The notes beneath the pieces are model-generated. The model was not told where the DNA came from. It made no database searches and worked only from the letters and a program-made list of their open reading frames with translations. A stretch of 27,889 nt of DNA from Chlamydiota bacterium (GTDB lineage: Bacteria > Chlamydiota > Chlamydiia > Chlamydiales > SM23-39): positions 1 through 27,889 of the forward strand of contig JASFVE010000018.1 of the NCBI GenBank assembly GCA_050049995.1, written 5' to 3'. The translations under genes were made by a program, and so were the position numbers. Below are positions 27,235 to 27,889 of the stretch, one piece after another; the first letter of the stretch is position 1, and each line of letters begins with the position of its first letter.

Positions 27235-27889
27235 AAACAAGTGGCAGCATATCAATTAAATCAGAAGCAATTAAGCTATAAGAAGATTTTTTTTCTGCCG
27301 CCCATTCCCCTGCAACTCCATGAAGAAAAACACCTAGTAAAGCCGCTTGATAAGAATCTACATTTTGAGCTAATACTGCTGCAATAATGCCTGTCAGAAC
27401 ATCTCCTGTTCCAGCTGTTGCCATACCAGGATCACCATGGGCGATTATAACGGGCTTATTTTCATAATGGAAGATCACACTTGGAGCTCCTTTTAAGACA
27501 ATTACCAGCTGATGTTTTTTGGCATAGGCCTGACATTTGTCATAAAGCTCATCATCATCCTTTACACTTTCTATTTTTAATAATCTCATCATCTCTTTGT
27601 GATGAGGCGTTAAAATACTATTTTTGGGAAAACTATTATTATCAATAAGGTAAAGAGCGTCAGCATCAAAAACAGTTGGCACTTCAATTTTTGGAACAAA
27701 ATTATATAAAAATCTTTTAGTATGTTCTTCTCTTCCAAGACCTGGACCAATAAAACATGCTTTAGCTCTTTTTAACTCTTGTAAAATGGAAGAAAAATCT
27801 TCGAGGCTAAAAGGGTTTTTTACAATTTCTAAAGGAGCATTTTCCATTTCACTTATTGAATTTTCAGGATAAAAAAGACGTATAATTCC
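27197..27889 (-). CDS. nnr: ADP-dependent NAD(P)H-hydrate dehydratase domain (NnrD/YjeF C-terminal), 5' truncated by the window edge
   Basis: IGPGLGR, DADAL, LTPH..E, VLKG and MATAGTGDVLTG; the frame stays open to the window end. Confidence 0.93.
   Translation of the reverse strand, partial: GIIRLFYPENSISEMENAPLEIVKNPFSLEDFSSILQELKRAKACFIGPGLGREEHTKRFLYNFVPKIEVPTVFDADALYLIDNNSFPKNSILTPHHKEMMRLLKIESVKDDDELYDKCQAYAKKHQLVIVLKGAPSVIFHYENKPVIIAHGDPGMATAGTGDVLTGIIAAVLAQNVDSYQAALLGVFLHGVAGEWAAEKKSSYSLIASDLIDMLPLVFKQLQLQVGRIL

Overview
AT-rich chromosomal segment, most likely from an environmental (non-Chlamydiaceae) member of Chlamydiota. The assignment is inferred from the large chlamydial-type PBP2 next to tRNA-Gly-rpsB-tsf and from the expanded Lpg1974/MOMP-like porin family. 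Left to right: the 3' part of an AbiEii-type nucleotidyltransferase whose catalytic DxD motif reads G-L-D; a compact three-gene RiPP-like operon on the minus strand (secreted Cys/Ser-repeat precursor, stem-loop, DUF692/MNIO oxidase, DUF2063 partner); a degenerate exported methyltransferase-like protein; an unassigned ORF; a large MscS channel; five Lpg1974/MOMP-like beta-barrel paralogs (four in tandem) flanking a Bcs1-like cytidylyltransferase-SDR fusion; tRNA-Lys, tRNA-Glu, frr, tsf, rpsB and tRNA-Gly with no pyrH or ompA at their usual positions; PBP2; a polysaccharide locus (UDP-GlcA decarboxylase, Wzc-like protein with degenerate kinase motifs, Wza, UDP-GlcA 4-epimerase); and the 3' part of nnr. 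The best candidate for an undescribed system is the MNIO RiPP cluster at 713-2739, whose precursor core (GSCGNG-SCSSKS-SCSSKS-SCSS-GSCGNG-GCSNG) differs from the characterised MNIO precursors I recall. All family calls come from motif recognition by eye; no database searches were run.
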